Positions 49,173 through 60,458 of a stretch of DNA of 64,000 bases are shown here, piece by piece. Under the pieces are notes generated by a model. It had not been told where the DNA came from. It saw only the letters and a program-made list of their open reading frames with translations, and made no database searches. Position numbers and translations under genes: made by a program. Source of the stretch: Flavobacteriales bacterium. GTDB lineage: Bacteria; Bacteroidota; Bacteroidia; Palsa-965. The number at the start of each line of letters is the position of its first letter. Position 1 is the first letter of the stretch. Location: assembly GCA_040377305.1 (NCBI GenBank), contig JBEIPA010000012.1, forward strand, positions 27,653-91,652, given 5' to 3'.

Positions 49173-49886
49173 TTAAAAGTTCGGCTTAAGGAGGTAATGC
49201 GAGTAGAAGTCGTTAATGATCTTCACTGCATCATCTGCCGTGTCTACCACATGAAACAACTGCAGATCGGAAGGATTGATGTTGTGCTCTTTCTCCAGCA
49301 TAGTATGCTTTATCCAATCGAGGAGTCCGCTCCAGTATGCAGTGCCTACAAGAATTACCGGAAAGTTGGCAATCTTCGATGTTTGAACAAGCGTCAACGA
49401 TTCGAAGAGCTCATCCAGTGTTCCGAATCCGCCGGGCATTGCAATGAATCCCTGGCTGTATTTCAGAAAGATTGTTTTGCGAATGAAGAAGTAGTCGAAG
49501 TTGATATTCTTGTCGAGATCAACGTAAATGTTCGACGACTGTTCAAACGGCAAACGAATGTTGAGTCCAACCGATTTTCCTTTCGCTGTCTTTGCGCCCT
49601 TGTTCCCGGCTTCCATAATTCCCGGACCACCACCTGTGATAATTCCGTAACCTTCCTGCGTGAGACGCAATGCAATTTCTTCCGCGAGTTTGTAGTAGGG
49701 ACTATCGGGTTTTGTTCGTGCAGATCCGAAAATTGAAACACACGGTCCGATCTTCGCCATCTTCTCAAATCCTTCAACGAACTCCGACATGATTTTAAAA
49801 ATCTGCCAGGAGTTTCCGGCTTTAATCTCATTCCAATCTTTTTCAGCAAATGCGCGCCGGATTTTTTCTTCTTGATTCTCAGTCAT
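49173..49886 (-). CDS. LOG family protein (TIGR00730-type, cytokinin riboside 5'-monophosphate phosphoribohydrolase-like)
   Basis: GGGPGIMEA and PGGFGTLDE motifs. 237 aa. Confidence 0.85.
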   Translation of the reverse strand: MTENQEEKIRRAFAEKDWNEIKAGNSWQIFKIMSEFVEGFEKMAKIGPCVSIFGSARTKPDSPYYKLAEEIALRLTQEGYGIITGGGPGIMEAGNKGAKTAKGKSVGLNIRLPFEQSSNIYVDLDKNINFDYFFIRKTIFLKYSQGFIAMPGGFGTLDELFESLTLVQTSKIANFPVILVGTAYWSGLLDWIKHTMLEKEHNINPSDLQLFHVVDTADDAVKIINDFYSHYLLKPNF

Positions 49887-50038
49887 AAAAATTCTATAGG
49901 GTTATTCTCTTAATCTCTGGGATGAACTGTTGAGATATGTTTAGCAAACAACTTGCCATGTTAGTGAGGACAGTTGTTATACGGCCACAATAACATGATG
50001 TTTCAGAATAAATGCAAATGCGCCTAAATCGGAGTGAA

Positions 50039-52888
50039 TTACGGCATTTCCAGTTCTTCTTTCAAAAACTTCGCAGTAAAGCTCACCTTATTCTTCGCAA
50101 CAATTTCCGGGGTTCCGGCAGCAAGAATTTGTCCGCCCCCGCTTCCGCCTTCAGGACCAAGATCAATGACGTAGTCGGCAACTTTGATGATGTCTAAGTT
50201 GTGTTCGATCACAAGAACGGTGTTGCCTTGATCAACGAGCTTCTGCAAGACTTCAAGAAGAATGCGAATGTCTTCGAAATGCAATCCTGTTGTTGGTTCG
50301 TCGAGCAGATACAACGTATTTCCGGTTTGCTTCTTCGCTAATTCGGTTGCAAGCTTCACTCGTTGTGCTTCACCACCGGAAAGCGTGGTACTTTGCTGTC
50401 CAAGTGTAATGTAACCTAGACCAACATCAAACATTGCTTTTACGCGTGCGAGAATTGAAGGATGCGCTTCGAAAAATTCAACAGCTTGTTCAATCGTAAG
50501 ATCAAGTACATCGCTGATTGATTTTCCTTTGAAACGAATTTCCAGCGTTTCACGATTATAGCGTTTGCCATTGCAGCTTTCGCAATGAACATAAACGTCC
50601 GGAAGAAAGTTCATCTCAATGGTCCGCAAGCCTGCTCCCTGACATGTTTCGCAACGACCACCTTTTACATTGAAAGAGAATCGGCCGGGCTTGTAACCAC
50701 GGATTTTCGCTTCAGGCAACTCGGAGAAAAGCAACCGAATATCGGAGAACACATTCGTGTACGTTGCCGGATTCGAACGTGGAGTTCTTCCGATTGGCGA
50801 CTGATCAATGTCAATCACTTTATCGATATACTCGAGCCCGTGAATTTTCTTGTATGGTAACGGACGTTTCTCTGAGCGGTAAAAATGTTTGCCGAGAATA
50901 GGGTAGAGGGTTTCATTAATCAGCGAAGACTTTCCACTACCACTCACGCCAGTTACACAAATGAAACGACCGAGCGGCAACTCGACAGTTACATTTTTGA
51001 GGTTGTGACCTGTACAGCCATCGAGTACAATTGACTTGCCATTTCCTTTACGTCGCTCTTTCGGAATTGCAATGGAACGTTTACCCGTGATGTAATCCGC
51101 CGTAAGCGTATCGAATTTGATCAGTTCTTCCGGAGTTCCTTGTGCAACAATGTGTCCGCCATGCACACCTGCTTTCGGACCAATGTCGAGCACGTGATCG
51201 GCACACATAATCATTTCCTTGTCGTGTTCAACCACAAGAACAGAATTACCGATGTCGCGCAAATTCTTCAATGCGTCAATCAATCGGACATTATCGCGTT
51301 GATGCAATCCAATACTCGGCTCGTCGAGAATGTACAACACACCGACAAGCTGAGAACCGATTTGTGTTGCCAAACGAATGCGTTGCGCTTCTCCACCCGA
51401 AAGTGAACGCGAACTGCGATTGATCTGCAAATAATTCAATCCTACATCAAGCAGAAAGCCAAGTCGTGCACGAATTTCTTTCAACACTTCCTGGCCGATG
51501 CTTTTCTGACGGTCACTGATTCGTTTTTCAACACCCGTAAACCACTTCTGCAAATCTTCAAGTCCCATTGCAGATAACTCCGCGATGTTCTTCTCGTTGA
51601 TGCGGAAATATAAGGCCTCTTTCTTCAATCGCGATCCTTCACACTTCGGACAAACCGATTCGTTCATGTATTCCTGCGCCCACTTCTGCACATTCGAAGA
51701 ACCTTCCTGTTCCTGTCGCGCAAGAAAATTCACAACACCCTCGAACGACATGGAATAACTCGTGCCGGTGCTTTGCTGTTCGCTTTTCACCTTGAGCATT
51801 TCGTCGGTACCAAACAGAATAGCATTCAATCCGTCTTCCGGAATATCTTTCACCGGATCAGCAAGCTTGAATCCGAATTTATGTGCGATTGCTTCGAGCT
51901 GGGCAAAGATCCAGTTATTGCGATGCTCACCAATAGGAACAATCGCTCCCGACTTGATGCTTCGCGTTTTATTCGGAATGATCTTGTTGATGTCAATCTC
52001 GAGGATGTGTCCGAGTCCGTTGCAACGTGTACACGCCCCATAAGGAGAGTTAAACGAAAACAAATTCGGAGCAGGATCGTCGTAAGCAATTCCGGAGGTT
52101 GGGCACATCAAATGTCGGCTGAAGTGACGCGCCTCGTTTTTGTTCTGTTCGGCAACCATCATCGTGCCTTTGCCATGACGCAAAGCAAGTTTGATAGAGT
52201 CGACCACACGTTGCTTGTCGTCTTCTTTCACTTCCAGACGATCGATTACTATTTCAATGTCGTGTACTTTGTAACGGTCGAGTTGTACACGCGAAGTGAG
52301 TTCAAGAATCTCTCCGTCAACACGTGCACGAAGAAATCCTTGTTTGCGGATGTGCTCAAACAACTCACGGTAATGCCCTTTGCGTCCTTTGACAACGGGA
52401 GCGAGGATAAATATTTTCTTCTTCGCGTACGTTGTTAGAATAAGATCAACAATCTGTTCATCCGAATAGCGAACCATCTTCTCGCCCGTAACGTACGAGT
52501 AAGCATCACCGGCACGTGCAAACAGCAGTCGAAGAAAATCGTAGATCTCCGTGATTGTTCCGACTGTTGAACGTGGATTCTTATTGATCGTTTTCTGTTC
52601 GATAGAAATTACAGGACTCAATCCGGTAATCTTGTCTACATCCGGGCGTTCAAGATCACCCAGGAACTGACGCGCATAAGCAGAAAACGTTTCGATATAG
52701 CGACGTTGTCCTTCTGCATAAATGGTATCGAATGCAAGCGACGACTTTCCGCTTCCGCTCAAACCCGTAATTACAACCAGTTTGTTGCGAGGAATGGAAA
52801 CTGAAACGTTTTTCAGGTTGTGCACTCTCGCACCGGATACTTCCAGTGTTTCGCTTTCACTTTCTGCAATGGCAGGTAAATTCTTCAT
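50039..52888 (-). CDS. uvrA: excinuclease ABC subunit A
   Basis: 949 aa. Two ABC ATPase modules ([25 protein letters not shown]), two LSGGEAQR signatures, and zinc-finger CxxC pairs. Confidence 0.97.
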   Translation of the reverse strand: MKNLPAIAESESETLEVSGARVHNLKNVSVSIPRNKLVVITGLSGSGKSSLAFDTIYAEGQRRYIETFSAYARQFLGDLERPDVDKITGLSPVISIEQKTINKNPRSTVGTITEIYDFLRLLFARAGDAYSYVTGEKMVRYSDEQIVDLILTTYAKKKIFILAPVVKGRKGHYRELFEHIRKQGFLRARVDGEILELTSRVQLDRYKVHDIEIVIDRLEVKEDDKQRVVDSIKLALRHGKGTMMVAEQNKNEARHFSRHLMCPTSGIAYDDPAPNLFSFNSPYGACTRCNGLGHILEIDINKIIPNKTRSIKSGAIVPIGEHRNNWIFAQLEAIAHKFGFKLADPVKDIPEDGLNAILFGTDEMLKVKSEQQSTGTSYSMSFEGVVNFLARQEQEGSSNVQKWAQEYMNESVCPKCEGSRLKKEALYFRINEKNIAELSAMGLEDLQKWFTGVEKRISDRQKSIGQEVLKEIRARLGFLLDVGLNYLQINRSSRSLSGGEAQRIRLATQIGSQLVGVLYILDEPSIGLHQRDNVRLIDALKNLRDIGNSVLVVEHDKEMIMCADHVLDIGPKAGVHGGHIVAQGTPEELIKFDTLTADYITGKRSIAIPKERRKGNGKSIVLDGCTGHNLKNVTVELPLGRFICVTGVSGSGKSSLINETLYPILGKHFYRSEKRPLPYKKIHGLEYIDKVIDIDQSPIGRTPRSNPATYTNVFSDIRLLFSELPEAKIRGYKPGRFSFNVKGGRCETCQGAGLRTIEMNFLPDVYVHCESCNGKRYNRETLEIRFKGKSISDVLDLTIEQAVEFFEAHPSILARVKAMFDVGLGYITLGQQSTTLSGGEAQRVKLATELAKKQTGNTLYLLDEPTTGLHFEDIRILLEVLQKLVDQGNTVLVIEHNLDIIKVADYVIDLGPEGGSGGGQILAAGTPEIVAKNKVSFTAKFLKEELEMP

Positions 52889-52897
52889 ACTACTTCC

Positions 52898-54112
52898 TTA
52901 TCGGCGAGGAATTGCAATCTCTTCACCGGCAACCGGCTCCTTGCTCTCATCACGTTTGTTAAACTCTAAAATGTATTCTTTGGTGATTCCAAATTTGTCC
53001 GAAATCGATTTCCACGTGTCGCCCGCAACAACGGTGTAGAAGATTGATCGTGCGGTTGAATCTGCTGTCACTTCGGCTTGCGTTACGTATTTGGATGTAT
53101 CGGTAATGGTCATGCTATTCGGAGGTAAAACATCCTCTTCTAGTCCATACAATGCTGCACCTTTCGCAGGCAATTGTATCGTGTATTTCTTGTTCGAAGT
53201 GTTTGCCAGGGAACTATTCAGCAGCCAGGGATTTAATGTTTTGAGAATCTTGTAGGTTGTACCGTTTGCAATGGCGAAGGCAGCAAGATCTGTAATCGCA
53301 GAATCTACAATTACTTTGTTCACCGGAATGGCGGGATACAAATCTGATTTACGCAGATGATATCCATACGCTTTTGGACGTGAAATAATTTCTTTCAACG
53401 CAACGATCCGGTAAATGTAACGAGCCGTTTCTTCGTTCAGATACAGATTGTAGTAACTATCTGTTTGCTGTTTTGACATGGCTTTGTCGATTCCGCCCAT
53501 GCCCAGATTGTATGAAGCAGCAGCCATGGTCCAGTTGCCGTAATGCTTGTATGCATCGAGTAATACTTCGCACGCTGCTTGTGTTGCCTTCTCCACGTTG
53601 TAGCGTTCATCTACTTCGTCTGAAACTTCCAGACCATAGTAGTCGGCAGTGGCTTTCATGATTTGCCAGAATCCGGTTGCTTTCTGTGGCGAAACTGCAT
53701 TGGTCAATCCGCTTTCAGCAAGTGCAATGTATTTCATATCATCAGGAACTCCATTCTGTTTGAGTATGGGTTCGATCACCGGAAACCAACGGGAAGCACG
53801 CTTATGTAACAACACCGTTTGCGACTGCCAATACGTGTTCACAAGAAGTTCACGTTCCATCGCTTCACGTACGGTGAAATCGGTAATTGGAATTTGCTCT
53901 CCGCAGAAATTAATGTCTTTCGGAATCGTAATGCCGAACACCTTGTAGTTCGATGCGAAGTAGGAACGGTAATCCTCATCACTTACTGCATCGTCTGTCG
54001 AAAAGTTAAACAACTTGATCATGATCACCAGCAGCATAAGTGCAGGAACCGCGAACAGGTGTTTATACCAACGCCTGAGGAAATCAGTTATTTTTTCCGT
54101 TCTCTTTTTCAT
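52898..54112 (-). CDS. lytic transglycosylase (MltD-like) with C-terminal LysM domain
   Basis: SLT catalytic region [11 protein letters not shown]...GFWQIM. Lys[29 protein letters not shown] prefer the ATG at 54112 (MKKRTEKI plus a TM helix); the track's longer form overlaps the upstream gene extensively. Confidence 0.8.
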   Translation of the reverse strand: MKKRTEKITDFLRRWYKHLFAVPALMLLVIMIKLFNFSTDDAVSDEDYRSYFASNYKVFGITIPKDINFCGEQIPITDFTVREAMERELLVNTYWQSQTVLLHKRASRWFPVIEPILKQNGVPDDMKYIALAESGLTNAVSPQKATGFWQIMKATADYYGLEVSDEVDERYNVEKATQAACEVLLDAYKHYGNWTMAAASYNLGMGGIDKAMSKQQTDSYYNLYLNEETARYIYRIVALKEIISRPKAYGYHLRKSDLYPAIPVNKVIVDSAITDLAAFAIANGTTYKILKTLNPWLLNSSLANTSNKKYTIQLPAKGAALYGLEEDVLPPNSMTITDTSKYVTQAEVTADSTARSIFYTVVAGDTWKSISDKFGITKEYILEFNKRDESKEPVAGEEIAIPRR

Positions 54113-55181
54113 CCTTCTGAGGAGGTTTTGAATAACGTGTGATTCCGTAGAGTATTCCGCCAATGATGACCATGTACGCGACAAATCCAGCGATGTATTT
54201 CCAGTTCCAGGTTGTGAGCGATTTCTGTATAACAACAATCAACACTGTTGAAACCATAGAAATGCCACCGTAGGTCATGGCAACCTGACTGTCACTCAAT
54301 CCAAGATAGGAGAGATGATGTGTAGTGTGGTCTTTACCTCCAATGAACGGAGATTTTCTTTTGAGCAAACGGTTAATGACAACGGTTGTGGTGTCGACTA
54401 TGGGAATAAGGAACCCAATTCCAACGACGATGATTTGTTTCGAACGAATAAAATTGTTGTCGATGTCGGGGTGATTCCAGAAATACTGGATTCCGAAAAT
54501 TGCAAGCACGATTCCAAGAAACTGGCTTCCGGTATCTCCCATGAACAAACGGGAAGGATGCCAATTGTAGAAGAGAAATCCAAGTAGTGATCCGCCTACA
54601 CCGATGATGATGAGCATGTGGGCATTGTAATAATCCTGACTCATGAACAATATCAGAAATGCCTGCAGCAAGATGAAGAGTGAAGTGACCGCAGTTATTG
54701 CATCCATGTTGTCAAGCATGTTGATGGAGTTCATCATGGCAACAACCCAGAAAACAGTTAGTAGGATGTTGAGATATTCATTGCCAGTAACCGTGATGAG
54801 AAATCCGGTATTCGCTACAATCAATCCGCATAAGAACTGAACTATAAACTTCAGCAGTGGTTTGGTGTTGTATGCATCGTCTGCAAGTCCCATGAGAAAG
54901 GCAAGCGTAACACTTCCCAGTAAACCCAACATTGCGGTGTCTGTGGGTATAAACTTGTAGGGAAAGAAAACCGTGTAACAGGCAATCGAAATCAGGAACA
55001 CAAAGAAGAATGTAATTCCACCCAATGAGGGTTTCTGCATCGGCGACCAACGGATCAAATCTCCGTCTGAACGAATTCCCAGGTTTCGGGAAAAGCGCAA
55101 AAAGAGGCCGTTAAGCATCAAAGCCACAACGATACTGAAAATGAAAAATCCCGCGTAAATCAGGATGTAGTTGCCGCTCAT
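54084..55181 (-). CDS. glycosyltransferase family 4 (MraY/WecA-like) undecaprenyl-phosphate sugar-1-phosphate transferase
   Basis: About 10 TM helices. Motifs DDAYN, NMLDNMD and MGDTGSQFLG. Confidence 0.8.
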   Translation of the reverse strand: MSGNYILIYAGFFIFSIVVALMLNGLFLRFSRNLGIRSDGDLIRWSPMQKPSLGGITFFFVFLISIACYTVFFPYKFIPTDTAMLGLLGSVTLAFLMGLADDAYNTKPLLKFIVQFLCGLIVANTGFLITVTGNEYLNILLTVFWVVAMMNSINMLDNMDAITAVTSLFILLQAFLILFMSQDYYNAHMLIIIGVGGSLLGFLFYNWHPSRLFMGDTGSQFLGIVLAIFGIQYFWNHPDIDNNFIRSKQIIVVGIGFLIPIVDTTTVVINRLLKRKSPFIGGKDHTTHHLSYLGLSDSQVAMTYGGISMVSTVLIVVIQKSLTTWNWKYIAGFVAYMVIIGGILYGITRYSKPPQKDEKENGKNN

Positions 55182-55301
55182 CCGAAGGGTTAAAACTGAA
55201 GCGCAAAGATACGAAATCAGCAGGCAGCGTGTTGAACAGGATTACATAGTAAACGTAAAGTTGTTCACCACATAACACGCATTAAATCTCTGAAAAGCAG
55301 A

Positions 55302-55853
55302 CTATTGAAATAAAAAGGGAGACTCGAAATCTTTCAGCAAACTTCCTTCGAGGTCTTTAGGTGAAAGAAGTGGATTGTTTACGTTCCAGTCAATTTTCAA
55401 GTCAGGATCGTTCCACAAAAGGCAGCCTTCAGAAGCCTTGTTGTAATAGTTTGAACACTTGTACTGGAAAATGGTGTTGTCTTCCAGAGACACAAAGCCA
55501 TGTGCAAATCCTGCTGGAATGTAGAATTGAAGATTGTTCTCAGCGGAGAGAATGATTGTTTCGTGAAGTCCATACGTCGGAGAGCCTTTACGAATGTCCA
55601 CTGCAACATCCAGTACAGCACCCCGCGTTACACGAACGAGCTTTGCCTGTGCAAACGGTGGAGTCTGAAAATGCAAGCCGCGCAAAACGTTTGCTTTTGA
55701 CTCCGATTGATTATCCTGAACAAAGTCATCGTTTATTCCGGCAACGGTAAAAATTTGCTTGCTAAACGATTCATAGAATGAACCTCTGTTGTCGCCGAAA
55801 ACTTTTGGTTTAATAATCCGGAGGCCCGGAATCTTAGAAGCAACTATTTCCAC
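55302..55853 (-). CDS. rfbC: dTDP-4-dehydrorhamnose 3,5-epimerase
   Basis: 183 aa. KVFGDNRGSFYESF...RGLHFQ...KLVRV..G.VLDVAVD.R..SPTYG...GFAHGF. GTG start overlaps the upstream stop by 1 nt. Confidence 0.9.
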   Translation of the reverse strand: MEIVASKIPGLRIIKPKVFGDNRGSFYESFSKQIFTVAGINDDFVQDNQSESKANVLRGLHFQTPPFAQAKLVRVTRGAVLDVAVDIRKGSPTYGLHETIILSAENNLQFYIPAGFAHGFVSLEDNTIFQYKCSNYYNKASEGCLLWNDPDLKIDWNVNNPLLSPKDLEGSLLKDFESPFLFQ

Positions 55854-58309
55854 TATTTCCTTTTTAAAATCCTACTTAGAATTCCTTTAGACTTTGGCTT
55901 TTGATCCTCGTCATAATATCCATAACCGTAACCATAACCATATCCGTAACCATAACCATAACCGGCGTTGGCAGATTTGCGATCTACATCAACACCATTG
56001 AGAACAACTGCAAGCTTGCGCACATTATTTTCATTGTGGAGTCGATCAACAATCTGAATGAAATTTTTCCGGGAGTAGTCTGCCCTGAAAATATAAATCG
56101 GGTAATCTGCTTTCTGGAAAATGTGAATTCCATCAGTTACTAATCCAACTGGTGGGTTATCTACAATAACAATGTCGTACATGCTCTTGAATTCATCCAG
56201 AAGCTCATCCATTTTTTTACTGATGATGAGCTCCGAAGGATTAGGAGGAATTGGACCTGCAGTAATGAAATGTAAATTCTCCTGAGAACTATGACGTATG
56301 CAGTTCTCCAGCGAATCGCGCCCGATCAGTAGTGTGCTCATTCCGCGGTCGTTTGGAACATTAAAGCCCAGGTGAATTTTTGGCTTACGCATGTCCAGAT
56401 CGACAATGATCACTTTCTTTCCGGAGTAAGCAATAATTCCCCCGAGGTTAATCGCCACGAATGTTTTGCCTTCGCCGGAAATGGTTGACGTCACCGCTAA
56501 CACTTTTGACCCCGGTTCGTTATCAATGAACTGAAGATTTGTTCGCAATGAACGAAAAGCTTCAGAGATCAAAGACTTCGGATTCTTGTCGACGATAAGC
56601 TGCGATACCGGAATTTCATGCTTGTATTTCGGAACAATTCCCAACGCACTTACTGAAGCATTTGTGTGGCGTAGTATTTCATTCAGACTGCTGATCGTAT
56701 CATGGAGCAGGTAACGGATAATTACGAGAATAATACTTACCAGAGACGCAACAAGGAAGCAGGTAAGAATCGTCGCACGACTTGACGGGCGAATAGGAGT
56801 AGTCGGAATGCGCGCCTGTTCCAGGATAACGTGGTTTGCCGTGATTCCTTTTTCGCTGATCTGAAATTCTGTTTTGCGCTCGAGTAGTAAGTTGAAAAAC
56901 TTTTCGTTGATGTTGTAAAGTCGCTGAAGTTCGAGGTACTTGAAAGCGCTATCCATTTTCACGGTACCGCGTTCGTAAGTATAAGCACCCATTTTCTGTG
57001 CAATGGCATCGCGACGGATCGTGTTTTGCTGAAGCAACGAGGCAACGCTTGCCGTCAATATATTTTTCTGCGTTTCTATCTGGAAGTCCAATGCTTTCAC
57101 TTCCGGACTATCCTTGGTTGCCACGTACATGGCCTGATCGCGTTCATCAATTAGGCGTGCAAGGTTTGATAGCGGTAGATTCAATGCCTGACTGTTGTCC
57201 GTACCTGCGAGTAATGCAATGATCGACTTCACATCGGTCTTTGGATCGTTCAAACGTTCAGAGACCTGCGAGAGTACCTGTATCTGAAGTTCCAGATCCG
57301 TTAACTGTGCTTCAAGAGTACCGTATCTCGAAAAGTTGAACGCCATCAGTTCCGGATCTTTTTCCGGACCCATTTGCTGTTTGAATTTATCAAGAGAATC
57401 TTCGGAAGATTTCATCTTCTCAGTCACCTGATTCAACTGATCATCGATAAAAGCCAGAATTGTTTTCGAACTTTTACTTCTGCGTTCAACATCATAATCA
57501 ATGAACTCGCGTGCCACACAATTCGCAAGGTCGTATGCTTTCTGCGGGTTGTTAGTTTCAAATGAAATTCGAACGGTCTTTGCTGCTTCGTTCACTAATC
57601 CAACGGTTAACTGCGGACCATAGTAATCAGGAAGCAACTCCGGATCATTCAGTGTGAAGTAATACTTATTGCTGCCCTCGTCATTAGCAACCATTGAAAT
57701 TAAACGCACCTGATCGATAGTTACCATCAACGAAACATCATTGAACTCAACCCACGTGTTGTTCACAAATGATTTTTCAGTAGGAACACCCGACTCGTTA
57801 ATCGTGATTTTACCGGAGTTATTATCCGCGTTGAATACGATGTCGTTACGGCGTCCGTATCCCGCATTATTCTTAACGAGGTAAGTGATGGTATACGGAG
57901 ACGAGCGATAATGTTCGTTCGTCTTTATGCGCCCCTCTGCGTAGTAACTGATCTGCAAGGGAAGCTTGAGCAATGCACGTTTGAGAAACTCTTCCGAACG
58001 AATTACCTCGATGAGCGATGCAACTTCATTTGATTCGTCAACGAATGCTGAATTCATATCAAGCACCTTCGATGAAGTGTTCTCAATATTTATCTGAACA
58101 ACAGAAGCAGCCTGGTAATAGTTTTGAGAATAACGCAGATACAGCCACGAGATTACACCGGCCATTCCCATAAGGAACATGATCCAGATGAGGCTCTTTC
58201 TTGCAATGAACATGAAAAGACCGAACTCGAATTCGACACTAAAATTCGTAAGACGTTCTTTGTAACGGTCAAACGTCTCGTTGCGGTCATTAACCTGCGC
58301 CTGTAGCAT
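55853..58309 (-). CDS. polysaccharide co-polymerase / tyrosine autokinase (Wzc-like) with (GY)8 C-terminal tail
   Basis: 818 aa. Two TM helices flank a large coiled periplasmic domain. Walker A TSTISGEGKT, plus VIIVDLDMR and IVIVDNPP. Tail AGYGYGYGYGYGYGYGYY. Confidence 0.85.
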   Translation of the reverse strand: MLQAQVNDRNETFDRYKERLTNFSVEFEFGLFMFIARKSLIWIMFLMGMAGVISWLYLRYSQNYYQAASVVQINIENTSSKVLDMNSAFVDESNEVASLIEVIRSEEFLKRALLKLPLQISYYAEGRIKTNEHYRSSPYTITYLVKNNAGYGRRNDIVFNADNNSGKITINESGVPTEKSFVNNTWVEFNDVSLMVTIDQVRLISMVANDEGSNKYYFTLNDPELLPDYYGPQLTVGLVNEAAKTVRISFETNNPQKAYDLANCVAREFIDYDVERRSKSSKTILAFIDDQLNQVTEKMKSSEDSLDKFKQQMGPEKDPELMAFNFSRYGTLEAQLTDLELQIQVLSQVSERLNDPKTDVKSIIALLAGTDNSQALNLPLSNLARLIDERDQAMYVATKDSPEVKALDFQIETQKNILTASVASLLQQNTIRRDAIAQKMGAYTYERGTVKMDSAFKYLELQRLYNINEKFFNLLLERKTEFQISEKGITANHVILEQARIPTTPIRPSSRATILTCFLVASLVSIILVIIRYLLHDTISSLNEILRHTNASVSALGIVPKYKHEIPVSQLIVDKNPKSLISEAFRSLRTNLQFIDNEPGSKVLAVTSTISGEGKTFVAINLGGIIAYSGKKVIIVDLDMRKPKIHLGFNVPNDRGMSTLLIGRDSLENCIRHSSQENLHFITAGPIPPNPSELIISKKMDELLDEFKSMYDIVIVDNPPVGLVTDGIHIFQKADYPIYIFRADYSRKNFIQIVDRLHNENNVRKLAVVLNGVDVDRKSANAGYGYGYGYGYGYGYGYYDEDQKPKSKGILSRILKRK

Positions 58310-58324
58310 CGCTTTTGCGAAAAG

Positions 58325-59119
58325 TTATATTCGGGTGAATATCAAATACAGCGAGAAGGATGCAGTAATCAGAGAAAGAATTGGTGTCACCTCCTGCAGG
58401 GTGCGGCTTGCTATACGTTTTCGAGGCTCTACGTATATCACATCGTTGGACTGTACCACAATGCTACCTTGATCAACGTTACGGATATCAGATAGATCGA
58501 GCCGGTAAACGTACGGGTTAGCAGGGTCTTCTGATTGTCTGATCAACGAAATTTTATGCGCTTTACCGTTGGCAGAAATTCCTCCGGCTTGTGCGATCGC
58601 TTCAAAAACTGTTGTATTTCCTGCAACCAACGGAATAACTCTCGCTTCTCCGGGACCTCCAGGGAAAACAATAATTCTCCGGCTGGAAACGCGAATAATT
58701 ACATAGGGCTTTACGTAATACACCGAGTATCTTTCTTCCAAATGAGCTTCAGCTTCACGAATAGTCATGCTGTCCAGCTTCACAAGTCCGAGGATAGGCA
58801 ACTTAGCATAACCACGTGCATCAATCGTGTATTCAAAACCTTGACGTACAATTGAATTTGATTGTGCATTCGCTCCCGACGTAATCAGATCGACCATTTT
58901 GAAACCATCATTAGCGAACAGACGCAACTCGATTACGTCATCAGGCGCCAAACGGTATTCGGTTGAAAATCTGGCAGAGTCCAACTTCAGCGTGTCAAAC
59001 ACAAAGTTTTTGTCTGCTTCAATCATGATGCTGGGATTAAGCAACCGGCAACTGTTTAAACTCAACAGCGCAATTGGTGTCAGAATCAGCAGAAATCTCT
59101 TAAGTGTAGCTAGTTTCAT
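58325..59119 (-). CDS. polysaccharide export outer-membrane lipoprotein (Wza-like)
   Basis: I prefer the ATG at 59119 (MKLATLKRFLLILTPIALLSLNSC lipoprotein signal); the track start is 59152. YRLAPDDVIELR and GYAKLPILGLVKLDSMTIREAE match a Poly_export domain, followed by an SLBB-like region. Confidence 0.75.
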   Translation of the reverse strand: MKLATLKRFLLILTPIALLSLNSCRLLNPSIMIEADKNFVFDTLKLDSARFSTEYRLAPDDVIELRLFANDGFKMVDLITSGANAQSNSIVRQGFEYTIDARGYAKLPILGLVKLDSMTIREAEAHLEERYSVYYVKPYVIIRVSSRRIIVFPGGPGEARVIPLVAGNTTVFEAIAQAGGISANGKAHKISLIRQSEDPANPYVYRLDLSDIRNVDQGSIVVQSNDVIYVEPRKRIASRTLQEVTPILSLITASFSLYLIFTRI

Positions 59120-59164
59120 ACAGCGCATGGATACTTGCTGCAAAGGTATCAAAATCAGCGGTTT

Positions 59165-60376
59165 TTACGCCTTTTGGGACAACAATCGGGTGTACAAACG
59201 CTTCATATCTGCACAAAGACGTTGATAGCTGTAATTCCGGAGAACTTGATCTTTCGCGCGGGAAGCCATCGATTCGCGCAAATCAACATTATTAATCAGC
59301 TTTTCGAGGTGTTCAGTAAATGTTTTAACATCTCCGGGATCGCAAACAAAACCTGTTTCTCCATGCTTAACGATATCCTCAACACCTCCAGCCCGGGTGG
59401 TTACTACCGGACAAGACGCTGCGTGTGCTTCGATTAAGCTTACTGGCGTTCCTTCATTCCACGATGTTAATGCTATAATTTCGGATCCGGCAAGTACAGC
59501 ATCTACTTCACGAATCCACGATGTAAATACAATCTGATCCCGATAAAGCTCGGTTACCGCAATGCTGTTTAGATAATTTACGTGCTCTTCCAATTCTGTC
59601 CGCATTTCCCCATCACCCACAATCAGAAACCTGATTTTGTTGGGTCGTGTTTCCAGAATTTTGAACGCACTCTCCAAAAACATTTTGTGATTCTTCACCG
59701 GCACAAGTCTTCCGATAATTGAAATCACAACATCATCATCCGCAATGTTCCACTTCGCGCGAAATGCTTTCCGTTTCTCCTCCCGATTCTGTTGAAACCT
59801 GTCGAGGTCAAATCCCAATGGGATCACTTCCATTTTTTCACGAGGACAGATTTTGTGCACATCACACAATTCTGTTTTTTGAATCTCGCTGATTGCTACA
59901 ATGGCTGTACTTCGTTTTGCGAGATAACGTTCAATCCGTTTAAAAATCGCAGTGGTGAATCCGCTGAAGTACGAATGAAAAACATGCCCGTGAAAAGTGT
60001 GTACAATTACAGGTACTTTTTCTTTGATTGCAGCTAATCTTCCAAGTGCACCTGACTTTGATGCGTGCGTGTGAACAATATCCGGTTTGAATTCGCGAAT
60101 GATTTTGCGGATCTCTTTGTAGGCTTTGTAGTCGTTCAGCGGATTGAGGCTGCGCTTCATGCCGTGAATAATTCTTGGAGCAATGCCAAGATTTTTCACA
60201 ATGAAATCGGAGTCAGCTTCTGATTCGTCTTTCTCTCCACCAACGAGAAGTGTTTCATACTCCGGCTCGAGATATTTCGTGAGATACGAAACGTTGTACG
60301 TCGGGCCGCCAAGATTAAAGCGGTTGATTATTCGCAGGACGCGGATTTTGTTCTCAGTTCTCGGTTCTCGGTTCAC
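59165..60376 (-). CDS. glycosyltransferase, GT4 (GT-B fold) family
   Basis: KIRVLRIINRFNLGGP N-terminus, and the E-x7-E region SWNEGTPVSLIEAHAASCPVV. The longer track form (to 60526) would read through a repeat region and overlap tsaC. GTG at 60376 is my best guess for the start. Confidence 0.75.
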   Translation of the reverse strand: MNREPRTENKIRVLRIINRFNLGGPTYNVSYLTKYLEPEYETLLVGGEKDESEADSDFIVKNLGIAPRIIHGMKRSLNPLNDYKAYKEIRKIIREFKPDIVHTHASKSGALGRLAAIKEKVPVIVHTFHGHVFHSYFSGFTTAIFKRIERYLAKRSTAIVAISEIQKTELCDVHKICPREKMEVIPLGFDLDRFQQNREEKRKAFRAKWNIADDDVVISIIGRLVPVKNHKMFLESAFKILETRPNKIRFLIVGDGEMRTELEEHVNYLNSIAVTELYRDQIVFTSWIREVDAVLAGSEIIALTSWNEGTPVSLIEAHAASCPVVTTRAGGVEDIVKHGETGFVCDPGDVKTFTEHLEKLINNVDLRESMASRAKDQVLRNYSYQRLCADMKRLYTRLLSQKA

Positions 60377-60456
60377 AGCAGGAGTAACTGAAATAAATGT
60401 ACTTGATATTAATGAGAATTCGTTGAACTGAGCACTGAGAACAGAGCACTTGGAAC
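60348..60456. repeat. inverted GGTTCTCAGTTC-type short repeats
   Basis: TTGTTCTCAGTTCTCGGTTCTCGGTTCAC (60348-60376) faces GAACTGAGCACTGAGAACAGAGCACTTGGAAC (60425-60456). The same family occurs at 61921-62053. Confidence 0.5.
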
Positions 60457-60458
60457 AA

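Noticed and set aside
52898-54238. The long form of the transglycosylase ORF (446 aa). The same applies to the long form of the GT4 ORF (59165-60526).
   Set aside because: The extensions overlap the upstream genes by more than 60 nt, and for GT4 they run through short repeats. Internal starts give typical N-termini.
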